64,000 nt of DNA from Deltaproteobacteria bacterium (GCA_040218735.1 JAVJQW010000019.1:128001-192000), one strand, 5' to 3'. Counted from the first letter of the stretch, positions 11,952 through 21,490 are shown. Program-made: numbers and translations. The notes: generated by a model from the sequence alone, not told the origin.

Positions 11952-13310
11952 CTACTTCTTGCGGCCCGAGGTGCGGCCTTCGACGGCGAGGAGGTGGAGG
12001 TCCGTGACGTTGGTGTCGGTCGGGCCGGTCTCCAGGCGGGCGTCGATCTTCCCGAGCGCGTTGAACGAGTCGTACTTCGCGAGGGACGCGTCCGGATCGA
12101 CCTTCGCGTTCTTGAGGGCTTCGAGGGAGTTGCCGTCGACGATGCCGCCGGCCGCCTTGGTCGGGCCGTCGGTGCCGTCGGTGCCGGCGGAGAGGAACGC
12201 CATGTGCTCGTCGCCGGCCATCGCGCGCGCCATGAGGAGCGCGAGGTGCTGGCTGCGACCACCCTTGCCGATCTTCCCGTTCTTGGCGTCCTCCATGTCG
12301 ACGGTCGGCTCGCCCACCGCGACGAAGACTTCGCGGCCGGTGCCGGACCGCACCATCGATCCGGCGCGCGCCATGTACTTGTCGACGAGGTCCTCGACGG
12401 GGCCTTCGATCGGCTTGGTCGCGCAGCGGACGCGCAGGCCCATCTGTCGTGCGCTGCGCGCGGCGGCGCGGAGCAGGGTGCGGGGCCCGCCGACGACGGC
12501 GGCGAACGCACGCGACAGGCGCGGGTCACCGGGCTTCGGCGACTCGGGGATCTCGCCGCGGTTGCCGGCGTCGAGGTACTCGCGCACGGACTCCGGCGTC
12601 TCGTCCCAGATGCCGGCCTTCTTGAGCGCGGCGATCGCGTCCTTGTAACGCGAGGGATCCGCGACGGTCGGGCCGCCGCCGATCGCGGGGAGTTTGTCGC
12701 CGACGACGTCCGACAGCGCGAGCGTCAGCACCGACGCGGGCGCGGCGGCGACGGCGAGACGTCCGCCCTTCACACGCGAGATGTGCGAGCGGATGACGTT
12801 CATCTTGTGGATGTCGACGCCCGAGTGGAGCATCAGCTTCGTCAGCGCGATGGTGTCGTTGAGGCCGACCTCCTTCACCGGCGAGGTGAGGAGCGCGCTG
12901 GCGCCGCCCGAGATGAGCACGAGCAGGAGGTCTTCTTCCGACAGCTCGGAGACGAGCTCGACGACCTCGTCCGTCGCGCGGATCGACGCGCGCGTAGGGA
13001 GCGGGTGCCCGGCTTCGCGGACTTCGAAGCCGTCGACTTCGCGCGCGTAGCCTTTCTTGGTGACGATCATACCGAACGTCATCTTTTCGCGGATCGCTTC
13101 GGGGACGGCTTCGGCCATCGCGGGCGCGGCTTTGCCGACGGCGATGATGCCGACACGTTCGACGCGGTCGAGCGCGATCGCGCGACGTCCGGCGCGAATC
13201 GCGCCGCTCGAAACTTGCAGACGCGCTTCGACGGCTTTGCCGGCGTGAGAAGCTGCGAGTGCCTCGTTGAAAATGGAGACCAAGTCCTCCGCGAGGGGGG
13301 TGCGGGTCAT
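11952..13310 (-). CDS. Glycerate 2-kinase / MOFRL family (TtuD-like)
   Basis: VGKAAPAMA, AGHPLP, LISGGASAL, VKGGRLA, SDVVGD, GGRSQHLAL, GTDGTDGPT, TGPTDTNVTD. Confidence 0.9.
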   Translation of the reverse strand: MTRTPLAEDLVSIFNEALAASHAGKAVEARLQVSSGAIRAGRRAIALDRVERVGIIAVGKAAPAMAEAVPEAIREKMTFGMIVTKKGYAREVDGFEVREAGHPLPTRASIRATDEVVELVSELSEEDLLLVLISGGASALLTSPVKEVGLNDTIALTKLMLHSGVDIHKMNVIRSHISRVKGGRLAVAAAPASVLTLALSDVVGDKLPAIGGGPTVADPSRYKDAIAALKKAGIWDETPESVREYLDAGNRGEIPESPKPGDPRLSRAFAAVVGGPRTLLRAAARSARQMGLRVRCATKPIEGPVEDLVDKYMARAGSMVRSGTGREVFVAVGEPTVDMEDAKNGKIGKGGRSQHLALLMARAMAGDEHMAFLSAGTDGTDGPTKAAGGIVDGNSLEALKNAKVDPDASLAKYDSFNALGKIDARLETGPTDTNVTDLHLLAVEGRTSGRKK

Positions 13311-13410
13311 TGGTGTAACCGTATAGTCAAGTCCGGGGTTCAGGGCAAAATTTCCCGAAAAAAGCGGGAAACTTGAGGGGTTTGGCGGTCCCCTTTAGGC
13401 TGATCGTCGG

Positions 13411-15729
13411 ATGACCGGGTGGACCCTTCGGGCGCTGGGCGCCGCTTCCGCGCTGCTTTTGGGCCTGTTCACGGCGGTCCCGGCGTGGGCCCTGTGCGCC
13501 TCGCCGGGGGACCCCGACTGCCTGGCCGAGCGCGTGGACTACCGCGGGACCATGGACTTCTTCGCGACCGGGGCCGCGTTCACGATCAACGACGACGACG
13601 ACGACCGGCCGGACGCGCTGCGGGACGTCGCCGAGGTCTTCGTGCCGGACCGGCGCGTGCCGGTCAGCGCGCGGCTGGTGCAGGCGTTCCTGTACTTCGG
13701 CGGCTCGCTCTACGACGACATGGACGGGATCGACGCGCCGGACATGGACGTCGAGATCCAGGTACCGGGCGCGACCGACTTCACGACGGTGACGGGCGAG
13801 CAGCTCTACACCAGCGGCGGCATCGCCGGCTTCCCGGAGCTGACGCTCTACACGGTGCGCGCCGACATCACCCAGGTCATGCAAGACGCCGGCGGCGCGA
13901 TGCGCGGGCTGTACCGCGTGCGCGGCTTCGACGCGGACATCTTCGACGGGATGGCCGAGCACACCGCGGCGAACGCGTCGTTCTCGATCATCCTCATCTT
14001 CGAAGAGGAGCGCCTCCCGCCACGCAACATCGTGCTGTTCGACGGGATGCAGGAGGTCCTCGGCTCGACGGTGACGCTCGACCTCTCCGGCTTCTTCGTC
14101 TCGCCGGTGCCGTCGGGCGCGCTCACGCTCTACGCGCAGGAGGGCGACTGCAACCCGGGCCCTGACGCGTGTGAGAACGGGAACAACCTCGCGGGCCTCG
14201 AGCGCGCGCGCGTCATCGGCGCGGATCCGAACCGGACGATGGTGCTGAGCGGGCCGCTCAACCCGGCGAACGATCTCTTCAATCGAACGATCAACACGGT
14301 CGACCCGCCGCTCCGCAACGTGACCGGCACGGACATCGACACGTTCGACATCACGCCGGTGCTGCGCGCCGGGGACGAGTCGGTGACGGTGGAGATCACC
14401 ACGCCGCGCCCGGCGAACAACGAACGCGGTGAGCTGGTCGGCCTGGTCTACGTGGTGGTGGGCATCGACGTGTTCTCACCCGAGCTGCGGATCGACTCGC
14501 GGATCGAGGTCCGCTCGGAGCGTGGCGACGCGCTCGAGGAGTTCTTCCCGGGCGACCCGCTGCGCGTGACGTACGCGCTCAGCAACACCGGCAACCTGCC
14601 CGGCACCGAGGTGGGCCTGACCACGGATCTCCCGGCGAACGCGACGGACTTCCTCGTCCTCGCCGAGCCGGACGGCGCGACGGTGACCACGGATCGCACG
14701 GGTGGCGCGAACGGACGGGGGCGCGTGGAGGTCACGAACCTCGCGGTCCGCCACGGCGAAGTGAACGATCTGGTGCTGCTCGTCGAGACGGAGTGTCCGC
14801 TGCCGAACGGCGGTACGTTTGCGATCTCGGGCGACGTCACACCGGCGCGCGAAGGCGGCGTCCCGTTCACGCTCACGGCGACGGTGCCGCTGGTGGGGCG
14901 TGAGATCTGCGGGCCGCGGTTCTTCCTCTTCGGCGGCGGCGGCTGCCAGACGACACACGGTGGCGAAGGCCGCACGTGGTGGTTGCTCGTGTTCGCCGGG
15001 TTGTTCGTGTGGCTCGTTCGCAAGACACGCGGCGCGGCGCTCGTGCTCCTGCTCGCGCTCCCGCAGTACGCGTGCAGCGACGACCTCGACGGAACCGCCG
15101 ACCGCGGACCGCCGATCCCCGCCGGGTTCACGTGCCCGGGCTTCGACGGGATGGTGATCGTGCCGTCGATCGACGGGCAGCGTCCGTTCTGCATCGACCA
15201 GTACGAGGCTTCGGTGGTGAGCGGTGCGTTCGAGAGCGCGAATGCCGTCGTGGGCTCGGTGCGCTTCGCGCGCCCGGCGCGCGGCGTGACGTGGTTCCAG
15301 GCGCGCGACGCCTGCCAGGCGGCCGGCAAGCGCCTGTGCACCGCGGACGAGTGGACGACGGCGTGCCGCGGCGACGAGGACCGCACGTTCCCGTACGGCG
15401 ACACGTACGAGGTCAACACGTGCAACGGTTTCGACGCCCGCCGCGACGACGCGGTCGAGACCGGCGGGATGCTCGAAGCGTCCCTCGCGGACGACGGCCT
15501 CCTCGAGGCCTCGGGCTGCGTGAGCGTGCACGGCGCGTACGACCTCTCCGGCAACGTCTGGGAGTGGAACGCGACGAGTTACTTCGACGACGCGCGCCGC
15601 GGCCTCGCGGGCGGCAGCTTCCGGAGCAACCGCACCGGCCTCCGCTGCGTCACCGACGACAACCACGCCCCGCCCGACGAGCAGAACGACGCCTTCGGGT
15701 TCAGGTGCTGCGTCGACTTCGGCGAGTGA
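13411..15729 (+). CDS. Secreted multidomain protein with internal MYXO-CTERM-like segment and C-terminal FGE-sulfatase (C-type-lectin fold) domain
   Basis: Signal peptide; DUF11-like PGDPLRVTYALSNTG; GGGGC-x-WWLLVFAGLFVWLVRK; C-terminal FCIDQYEAS, GKRLCTADEW, YDLSGNVWEW, GFRCC. Confidence 0.8.
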   Translation: MTGWTLRALGAASALLLGLFTAVPAWALCASPGDPDCLAERVDYRGTMDFFATGAAFTINDDDDDRPDALRDVAEVFVPDRRVPVSARLVQAFLYFGGSLYDDMDGIDAPDMDVEIQVPGATDFTTVTGEQLYTSGGIAGFPELTLYTVRADITQVMQDAGGAMRGLYRVRGFDADIFDGMAEHTAANASFSIILIFEEERLPPRNIVLFDGMQEVLGSTVTLDLSGFFVSPVPSGALTLYAQEGDCNPGPDACENGNNLAGLERARVIGADPNRTMVLSGPLNPANDLFNRTINTVDPPLRNVTGTDIDTFDITPVLRAGDESVTVEITTPRPANNERGELVGLVYVVVGIDVFSPELRIDSRIEVRSERGDALEEFFPGDPLRVTYALSNTGNLPGTEVGLTTDLPANATDFLVLAEPDGATVTTDRTGGANGRGRVEVTNLAVRHGEVNDLVLLVETECPLPNGGTFAISGDVTPAREGGVPFTLTATVPLVGREICGPRFFLFGGGGCQTTHGGEGRTWWLLVFAGLFVWLVRKTRGAALVLLLALPQYACSDDLDGTADRGPPIPAGFTCPGFDGMVIVPSIDGQRPFCIDQYEASVVSGAFESANAVVGSVRFARPARGVTWFQARDACQAAGKRLCTADEWTTACRGDEDRTFPYGDTYEVNTCNGFDARRDDAVETGGMLEASLADDGLLEASGCVSVHGAYDLSGNVWEWNATSYFDDARRGLAGGSFRSNRTGLRCVTDDNHAPPDEQNDAFGFRCCVDFGE

Positions 15730-15951
15730 CGCTCCGAGCTGCTCGACGCGTTCGGGTTCAGGTGCTGCGTAGACTTCGGCGAGTGACGCTCCGAGCTGCA
15801 AGATGCGTTCGGGTTCAGGTGCTGCGTCGACTTCGGCGAGTGACGCTACGAGCTGCTCGACGCGTTCGGGTTCAGGTGCTGCGTCGACTTCGGCGAGTGA
15901 CGCTCTTCGGGTTCCGGTGCCGTCTAGTCTTCGACGCGTGACGCTCCGAGC
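15688..15951 (+). repeat. 57-bp tandem repeat (4 near-complete copies plus 1 degenerate) of the gene's last codons, stop and short 3' flank
   Basis: Unit gacgcgttcgggttcaggtgctgcgtcgacttcggcgagtgacgctccgagctgctc starts at 15688, 15745, 15802 and 15859; degenerate copy at 15906-15951. Confidence 0.95.
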
Positions 15952-16099
15952 GCTGCGCCGTCAGGCGACGGCACGACGCTTCGAGCAGAGTGACGCGGAC
16001 TTCGAAGCGGAGGTCCGGCGCATCAACGCGCTGGAGGTTACGCGGCGTCGCGTGCGTTGGCGCCCTGGCCCCGCGCCTAGTCACCTGCGTCCGCGATGC

Positions 16100-16213
16100 C
16101 TCACGCATCTCGCGGCCGCCTTTCGCGCCTGCTGCCCGCGCAGCATTCGGCTCTCGTCGGTTGCGTACGCCCGGTATGCGCCCTCCTCACGTCCTCGGAG
16201 ATCGATGCGGAGT
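16100..16213. repeat. Possible REP-like palindromic intergenic element
   Basis: Inner hairpin gcgtac-gcccg-gtatgc inside ctcgtcggtt...ccctcctc, with imperfect outer inverted ends (cgcatctc / gagatcgatgcg). Single copy in the window. Confidence 0.3.
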
Positions 16214-17132
16214 AGCGCATTCGCGGCGCAGGCCGAGTACTTCGCTGAGGCCTTCGTGGGCGGCGACTACTACGCGACGTTCTTCGATCCGTTGGCCGAA
16301 GTGATCGCGCGCGGCCTCGGTGCGTCCAAGCGCGGCGCGGCGTTTCTGCGGGAGCACGTCCTCGCGATCGACTTGGTCCCGTACTTCTCGCAGGACTTCG
16401 CCGAGCCGAGGCGGTGTAACGATTGGGACGCGCACGCTCAGGGCGTCGCCGACGATCTGTTGTCGACGCTCCTCGAGGCGCACCCGCCGTCGGCGATCTT
16501 CGCAAACGGCAAGGCGACGAAGGCAGCGCTCGAAGCGCGGGGCGCGCGTTTCGAGCACACCGTCGAGGTGACGAACCGAAGCGGCGCCGGCACGGCGAAG
16601 CTGAACCTCGGGCGCCTCGGTGACGCGCCGATCGTGCACAGCAACTTCCTGCGCAAGATGTACGGCCCAAACTCCGCCGAGGAGCTGGCGGCGACGGGCG
16701 ACGTGCTCCGGGCGTGGAACGCGGGGCAGGTGCACCGTCCCCAGGTCGTTCGCGGCGCGGGGGGCTCGCGATCGTCGGGTCCCGCCTGTCCGTACGACGG
16801 CCCGGGCGCGCCGAAGGGTTACGTCAGCCGCACGTGCAAGGGCTTCTTGCTGTCGGTCGCGTGGCAGCCCTCGCTGTACACCCCCGTGCGACCGAGCGGA
16901 GCGCGGACGCGTCGGCGCTTCATGGTCGCGGTGGAAGCCAAAAAAGATCAGCCGCGGCGAAGCGCGGCGCTCGTCGTGGACCTGGTGCGGGACGACGCCC
17001 GTCGAGGGGGCGCCGCCGCTCGTCGCCGCGACGCTGGGAGCGAACAGCGATCGCGTCCGCCTCGGCTTCTTCTGGCAGCACGACGCGCCGCCCGTGGCGA
17101 TGATTCACGCGCCGCGAATGCGGCGTGTCTGA
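16205..17132 (+). pseudogene. Truncated/frameshifted uracil-DNA-glycosylase-like fold protein
   Basis: HVLAIDLVPYFS and HPPSAIFANGK resemble UDG-superfamily segments. No N-terminal GxNP motif. The coding-like sequence appears to change frame near 16990 and ends at the stop at 17132. Confidence 0.4.
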
Positions 17133-17176
17133 GGACTGTGCCCAGCGCTCCCGCGAAGCGGGAGGTCGTAACGGGC

Positions 17177-17950
17177 TTAGTTGGTGACCGGGATCGACAT
17201 GGTCCCGTTGCTGAGCGCGACCGAGACGGTGCCGCTCGAGACCTGGCCGTTGAAGGCGCCCATGAGGGTGACGCCCGCGGGCCCGTGGGCCGTGATGCTG
17301 ATCGTGCAGATGGTGCCGGTCATGTACGTCGTGCCGCCCTGGACCAGCGTGATGTGCGTGCCCGGCGTGGCGTCGGCCATGCAGCTGTCGTTGCCCGCGG
17401 CCGGCTCGTTGCCCACGGCGAACATCTCGATGGTGTCGCCGTTGCCGCGCATGCCGCCGATCGTGGTGCCGGCGGTGGGCGTCGCGGTCCAGCGCGCGTA
17501 CGCGCCGGTGCCGAACGTGGTCGTCACGCCGTCGATGTCGACGGTGATGGACCCGCCCATGTTCGGGCCGCCATCGCGCGGGCCGCCGTCACGACCGGGG
17601 GGGCCGCCGTCGCGCGGACCGGCGTCGCGTCCGGGGCCGCCGTCGACCGGCGGGCCACCGTCACGCGGCGGGCCGCCGTCGCGGATCACCACGGGTCCCA
17701 TGCCGTCGTCCTTGAACGTGCAGCGCCCTGCGAAGCAGCGCAGCTGATCTCCGCCGGACGGATTGCAGTCCATGTCCGTCGAGCACGGCGTCGAAGCCCC
17801 TTCGAGCTCGCTGCACGTGCCGAGGTAACAGATCTGGTTGCTGCCGCAGTCCCCCGCCCGGGAGCACTCGTCTCCGCAGCCCGAGAACACGAGCATCGAA
17901 GTCAGGGCGAAGGCAGAGGCCGAAGCGAGGTAAATGGCGTAGCGTGACAT
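17177..17950 (-). CDS. Putative lipoprotein with Cys-rich EB-like repeats and RDGGP linker
   Basis: Lipobox LVFSGC; CSRAGDCGSNQICYLGTC and CSTDMDC...CFAGRC; RBS ggaggg upstream of the ATG. Confidence 0.75.
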   Translation of the reverse strand: MSRYAIYLASASAFALTSMLVFSGCGDECSRAGDCGSNQICYLGTCSELEGASTPCSTDMDCNPSGGDQLRCFAGRCTFKDDGMGPVVIRDGGPPRDGGPPVDGGPGRDAGPRDGGPPGRDGGPRDGGPNMGGSITVDIDGVTTTFGTGAYARWTATPTAGTTIGGMRGNGDTIEMFAVGNEPAAGNDSCMADATPGTHITLVQGGTTYMTGTICTISITAHGPAGVTLMGAFNGQVSSGTVSVALSNGTMSIPVTN

Positions 17951-18023
17951 GGAGCCCTCCACGGTGATCTGTAGCCTAGCGGCGGGCCTCCAATCGAGCA
18001 AATCCGCGACCGGTTTTTCGTGA

Positions 18024-20177
18024 TCAGGCCGCCGAGGGCAGCTCCTCGGGGAGGCTGGCGCGACCGAGCGGCTGAATGGCCGTGGTCGGCGGAAGCTCCT
18101 GAACGGACAGCACGGCCAGCGCGGGGAACTCGACCTCGACCAGGCGCCGCACGTACCGCCGCACGTCCGAAGTCGTCAGGAGCACCGGCCGCCGGCCCAT
18201 CCGAAGCACGGGTCGCAGAGTTCGCGAGATCGACGTCAAAATCGCGCGCCGCATCACCGGATCCAGCGCGAGGTAGCTCCCGCTCGGGATATGGCAGATC
18301 GCGCTCCGGACGATGTCCTCGATCTCACCATCGAGGAGGACCGCATTCAGCTGGCCGTCCTCGACGAACCCGTAGGCAATCTGCTGCGACAGCGCGCTGC
18401 GGACGTACTCGGTGAGCAGGACGCCGTCGCTCTCGTGCGGCCCGAACTCCGCGAGCGCTTCGACGATCCCCTTTAGGTCGCGAATCGACACGTCCTCGTC
18501 CACCAAGCGGCGCAGAATGTCGGTGAGCTGCGTCAGGCTCACGATCTTCGGCACGACCTCCTGCACGAGCGTGGGGCACACCTTCGCGAGTCGGTCGACG
18601 AGCTCACTCGTCTCCTGCAGACCGATGAAGTTGCGCGCGTTTCGCGAGAGCACGACACCGACGGTCATGGAGACGATGCCGTCGACCGGCATCGTGAGCA
18701 CGCCGGCCGCCGCGAGCTTGGCCTCGAGCCGCTCGTCGACGAAACCGCACGGCGCGCCGCTGAGCGGGTGTGGGTAGGGCTCGGCGCTGACTCCGAGGCG
18801 CGCAAGCTTCTCCGGAGACTCGAGCGCGAGGCACTTCCCCAGCGGGAGAACTTCATCGTAGACCGGGACGTCGCGGAGGCGCACCACGAAGCTCCCCGCC
18901 GGTAGACCGGGCACGTGCGTGCGCACGCGAATGCCGGGGAATCGAACGCCCGACTGGGCGTGCAGGAACCTGCGGAGCTCGGGGAACAGCTCACCGATCA
19001 ACAGCGTCTCGGCGTCCTTCTTGCCCACGCCGAACCCGAGCTTGGTCGTCAGCTCCGGCGACAGATCGAGCATCACCGGGACGACCGTCGGCGCCATCTG
19101 GTCCATCTGATTCTTCTGCGCCTTGGCCTGCTCCACGCGCTCCGCGAGGCGGGACTCGAAGGACTCGTCCTTCGCGGCCACGGGCCGGTCGCGGCGTCGA
19201 CGCAGGACGATCGCCGCCGCGCCGAACGCCGTCGCGATGGCCAGGAACGGCACGGCCGGGAGCCCGGGGACGATGGCGAGGACGGCCGAGAAGAACGCGC
19301 CAAGCGCGAGTACCTTCGGGCTCGTGAAGAGCTCGGAGCGCAGGCTGTCGCCCAGGCTGCTCTGCGGCTGCTTGGATGCGACGCGCGTCGTGAGGATGCC
19401 CGCGGACAGCGTGATCAGGAGCGCGGGGATCTGCGAGACCAAGCCGTCGCCCACCGTGAGGAGCGAATAGACTTCGGCCGCTTCCGACACCGGCATCCCG
19501 TTGCGCATCGCGCCGATGACGAGCCCCGCCACCAGATTGAGCGCGGTGATGATCAGGCCGGCGATGGCGTCGCCCTTGATGAACTTCATCGCGCCGTCCA
19601 TCGCTCCGTAGAACTGCGACTCGCGACCCAGCTCGTCGCGCTGCGCCTGCGCCTCCTCGTCGTCGATGGCGCCCGAGCGCAGCGCGGCGTCGATCGACAT
19701 CTGCTTGCCGGGCATCGCGTCGAGCGTGAAGCGGGCACCGACTTCGGCGACGCGCTCGGCGCCCTTTCCGATGACGAGGAACTGCACGAGCGTGATGACG
19801 AGGAAGATCACGATGCCGACGATCAAATCTCCCTGGACGACGAACGCCCCGAAGGCCTGCACGACCTCGCCGGCCGTTCCCCGCGACAGGATCATGCGCG
19901 TGGTCGACACGTTGAGCGAGAGGCGGAACAGGGTCGTCACCAAGAGCAACGACGGGAACGTGGAGATCGACAGCGGCTTGTCCGACAGCAGCACGGCCAC
20001 GAGCACGACGGCGGCGAGCGCGAGGTTGAGCGCGAGCAGGCCGTCGAGCAGCGGCGCGGGGAGGGGAAGGATCATCATCGCCAAGATGCAACCGATGGCG
20101 ACGGCGAACGTGACGTCGGCGTGCTTGGCGGGGGCGTCGAGCGGGATGGCGCGGAGGGACTTTCGGAGGGCTTTCAT
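18024..20177 (-). CDS. sctV: Type III secretion export gate SctV (LcrD/YscV, FHIPEP family)
   Basis: FPSLLLVTTLFRLSLNVSTTR, KGAERVAEVGARFTLDAMPGKQMSID, SQFYGAMDGAMKFIKGDAIAG, LLTVGDGLVSQIPALL, GSYLALDP. The MSID and AMKF variants are injectisome-type rather than FlhA-type (MAID, ASKF). Confidence 0.92.
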   Translation of the reverse strand: MKALRKSLRAIPLDAPAKHADVTFAVAIGCILAMMILPLPAPLLDGLLALNLALAAVVLVAVLLSDKPLSISTFPSLLLVTTLFRLSLNVSTTRMILSRGTAGEVVQAFGAFVVQGDLIVGIVIFLVITLVQFLVIGKGAERVAEVGARFTLDAMPGKQMSIDAALRSGAIDDEEAQAQRDELGRESQFYGAMDGAMKFIKGDAIAGLIITALNLVAGLVIGAMRNGMPVSEAAEVYSLLTVGDGLVSQIPALLITLSAGILTTRVASKQPQSSLGDSLRSELFTSPKVLALGAFFSAVLAIVPGLPAVPFLAIATAFGAAAIVLRRRRDRPVAAKDESFESRLAERVEQAKAQKNQMDQMAPTVVPVMLDLSPELTTKLGFGVGKKDAETLLIGELFPELRRFLHAQSGVRFPGIRVRTHVPGLPAGSFVVRLRDVPVYDEVLPLGKCLALESPEKLARLGVSAEPYPHPLSGAPCGFVDERLEAKLAAAGVLTMPVDGIVSMTVGVVLSRNARNFIGLQETSELVDRLAKVCPTLVQEVVPKIVSLTQLTDILRRLVDEDVSIRDLKGIVEALAEFGPHESDGVLLTEYVRSALSQQIAYGFVEDGQLNAVLLDGEIEDIVRSAICHIPSGSYLALDPVMRRAILTSISRTLRPVLRMGRRPVLLTTSDVRRYVRRLVEVEFPALAVLSVQELPPTTAIQPLGRASLPEELPSAA

Positions 20178-20194
20178 GGCGTGCACGCTGGTTT

Positions 20195-20281
20195 AGCGAG
20201 GTCCGTGCCAACGCGATTGGACGTCGCGATCGGCGATTCGTCCGGAGGACGTCCGGAAACGGCGGATGAAATTCGTTCGGA
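20195..20281 (-). promoter_or_regulatory. sigma54 promoter plus tandem-repeat upstream site for sctV
   Basis: tGGcacggacctcGCt at 20210-20195. 25 bp upstream lies ccggacgtcct-ccggacgaat (20256-20236), with a further ccgaacgaat copy at about 20280-20271. Confidence 0.75.
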
Positions 20282-20288
20282 CGGCGCT

Positions 20289-20939
20289 TCAGCCTTCGAT
20301 CAGATCGAGCAGCGCGTGGGCTTTGCCGGCGAGGGCCGTATTACGAGCGCGATTGGCTTTGGTGAGCGCGCGCTGAAGGTACGTCCGGGCCCGCGCCTTG
20401 TTCTTCCGAACGAGCTCCAGCTCCGCGAGGTTGAGCTCGGGGCGAGGGTCGGCCGGATCGAGGCGCGAAGCGCGGCCGTACGCGTCCACGGCCTGCTCTG
20501 CGTCCCCGCGGTAATCGGCCACGAGGCCCCGGGCGAGCCAGAAGTAGGGCTCCTTGGGGTCGATGGCGGTCAGGCCGTCGAAGATGACCTCGGCGAGGCG
20601 CAGCCCGCCGCTGCGGAGATAGTGGTAGCCGACCTCGGCCAGCCCGAACAGCGCATCCGGGTCGTACTCGCGGGCCTCCGCGATCGTTCGGCACACCACG
20701 GCGCCCGCCTGATCGTCGAAGGGCACTGCGGCCACCTGACGCAGCGTGTCGAACATCGAGGTCGCGTCGTAGTCGTCGAACGCGAGCGCCTTCGGAGGCT
20801 GGCACACGAGGGCACGTTGGGCCGGCGCGGAAGCGACGCGCGGCGCGGCGGGGGCGTTCGGCGTGGAGGCCGAGGCGCGAGGGACACGGACCCGAGGACG
20901 GGTCCCCGGAACGGGACGGCGGCGACGTTCGTGGTTCAT
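20289..20939 (-). CDS. TPR protein, SycD/LcrH-like translocator chaperone or SctY-like
   Basis: LFGLAEVGYHYLRSGGLRLAEVIFDGLTAIDPKEPYFWLARG...YGRASRLDPADPRPELNLAE TPR pattern; directly upstream of sctV. Confidence 0.75.
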   Translation of the reverse strand: MNHERRRRPVPGTRPRVRVPRASASTPNAPAAPRVASAPAQRALVCQPPKALAFDDYDATSMFDTLRQVAAVPFDDQAGAVVCRTIAEAREYDPDALFGLAEVGYHYLRSGGLRLAEVIFDGLTAIDPKEPYFWLARGLVADYRGDAEQAVDAYGRASRLDPADPRPELNLAELELVRKNKARARTYLQRALTKANRARNTALAGKAHALLDLIEG

Positions 20940-20942
20940 GGC

Positions 20943-21395
20943 TCAGTAGGTCCTCTGTGCGATGCGCTGGTCGATGGCGCCCATCGGTTCGCTGCGCTTG
21001 CGGTCGATGGCGTCCTGGAACTCGCACAGGCCCTCGCAGGCGGCCATGAGGCGGGCCTCGGCCTCGAGCGCCTCGGCGCCGACGGCGACGGGCGTCGCGA
21101 GCTTCGCCCGGAACTGGGCGACGCAGTGCTCGAGGCGACCGCGGAGCGCGGCCGCCGAACGCGCACGCCGAGGGGGTGCCGGCAGGCGAAGGTCGTCGGA
21201 GAAAGACCGAGCCTGGAAGAAGCGCCCGCCCACGGTCGGGACCTCGAGGTCGAGGTGCTCGGGGAGCGCGACATCGGCGACGTCGAGCGCCTTCAGCTCG
21301 GCGATGCCGGGAAGCTCCGCACCATGACGTGGTCTTTCGATCTGCGCATCGACCACGCGTGGCATCAGGGCTCCGAGTTGAAGTGCGTGCGTCAT
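20943..21395 (-). CDS. Small T3SS-associated protein, possibly SctX-like
   Basis: 150 aa with a helical C-terminus; position matches the yscX-yscY-yscV order; has its own sigma54 promoter. Homology not demonstrated. Confidence 0.5.
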   Translation of the reverse strand: MTHALQLGALMPRVVDAQIERPRHGAELPGIAELKALDVADVALPEHLDLEVPTVGGRFFQARSFSDDLRLPAPPRRARSAAALRGRLEHCVAQFRAKLATPVAVGAEALEAEARLMAACEGLCEFQDAIDRKRSEPMGAIDQRIAQRTY

Positions 21396-21407
21396 GCTCG
21401 GAACCTA

Positions 21408-21490
21408 AGCGAAGGGCGTGCCAATGGACGCGGGTTCTACGAAATCCAATTCGTCCGGCGAACGTCCGGACGGCGCCCGGATTCGTCCGC
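21408..21490 (-). promoter_or_regulatory. sigma54 promoter plus tandem-repeat upstream site for the sctX-like/TPR operon
   Basis: tGGcacgcccttcGCt at 21423-21408. 25 bp upstream lies ccggacgttcg-ccggacgaat (21469-21449), preceded by gcggacgaat-ccgggcgccgt. Confidence 0.78.

Noticed and set aside
15688-15951. CRISPR array
   Set aside because: The 57-bp units are contiguous with no unique spacers, derive from a coding 3' end, and no cas genes are present.
15100-16100. Complete diversity-generating retroelement
   Set aside because: A CLec-type target-like domain is present, but there is no reverse transcriptase, no avd-like gene and no roughly 100-bp template repeat in the window.
17560-17690. 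RDGGP/RDAGP DNA repeats (also at about 1620-1680)
   Set aside because: These are ordinary low-complexity linkers of myxobacterial lipoproteins, fully explained by the coding sequence.
15803-17947. 714-aa ORF as a single real protein
   Set aside because: It strings together the tandem repeat, the UDG-like remnant and the antisense of the 17177..17950 lipoprotein.
18024-20177. Flagellar flhA
   Set aside because: The motif variants (QMSID, AMKF, GSYLALDP) and neighbours are injectisome-like, and no flagellar genes are present.
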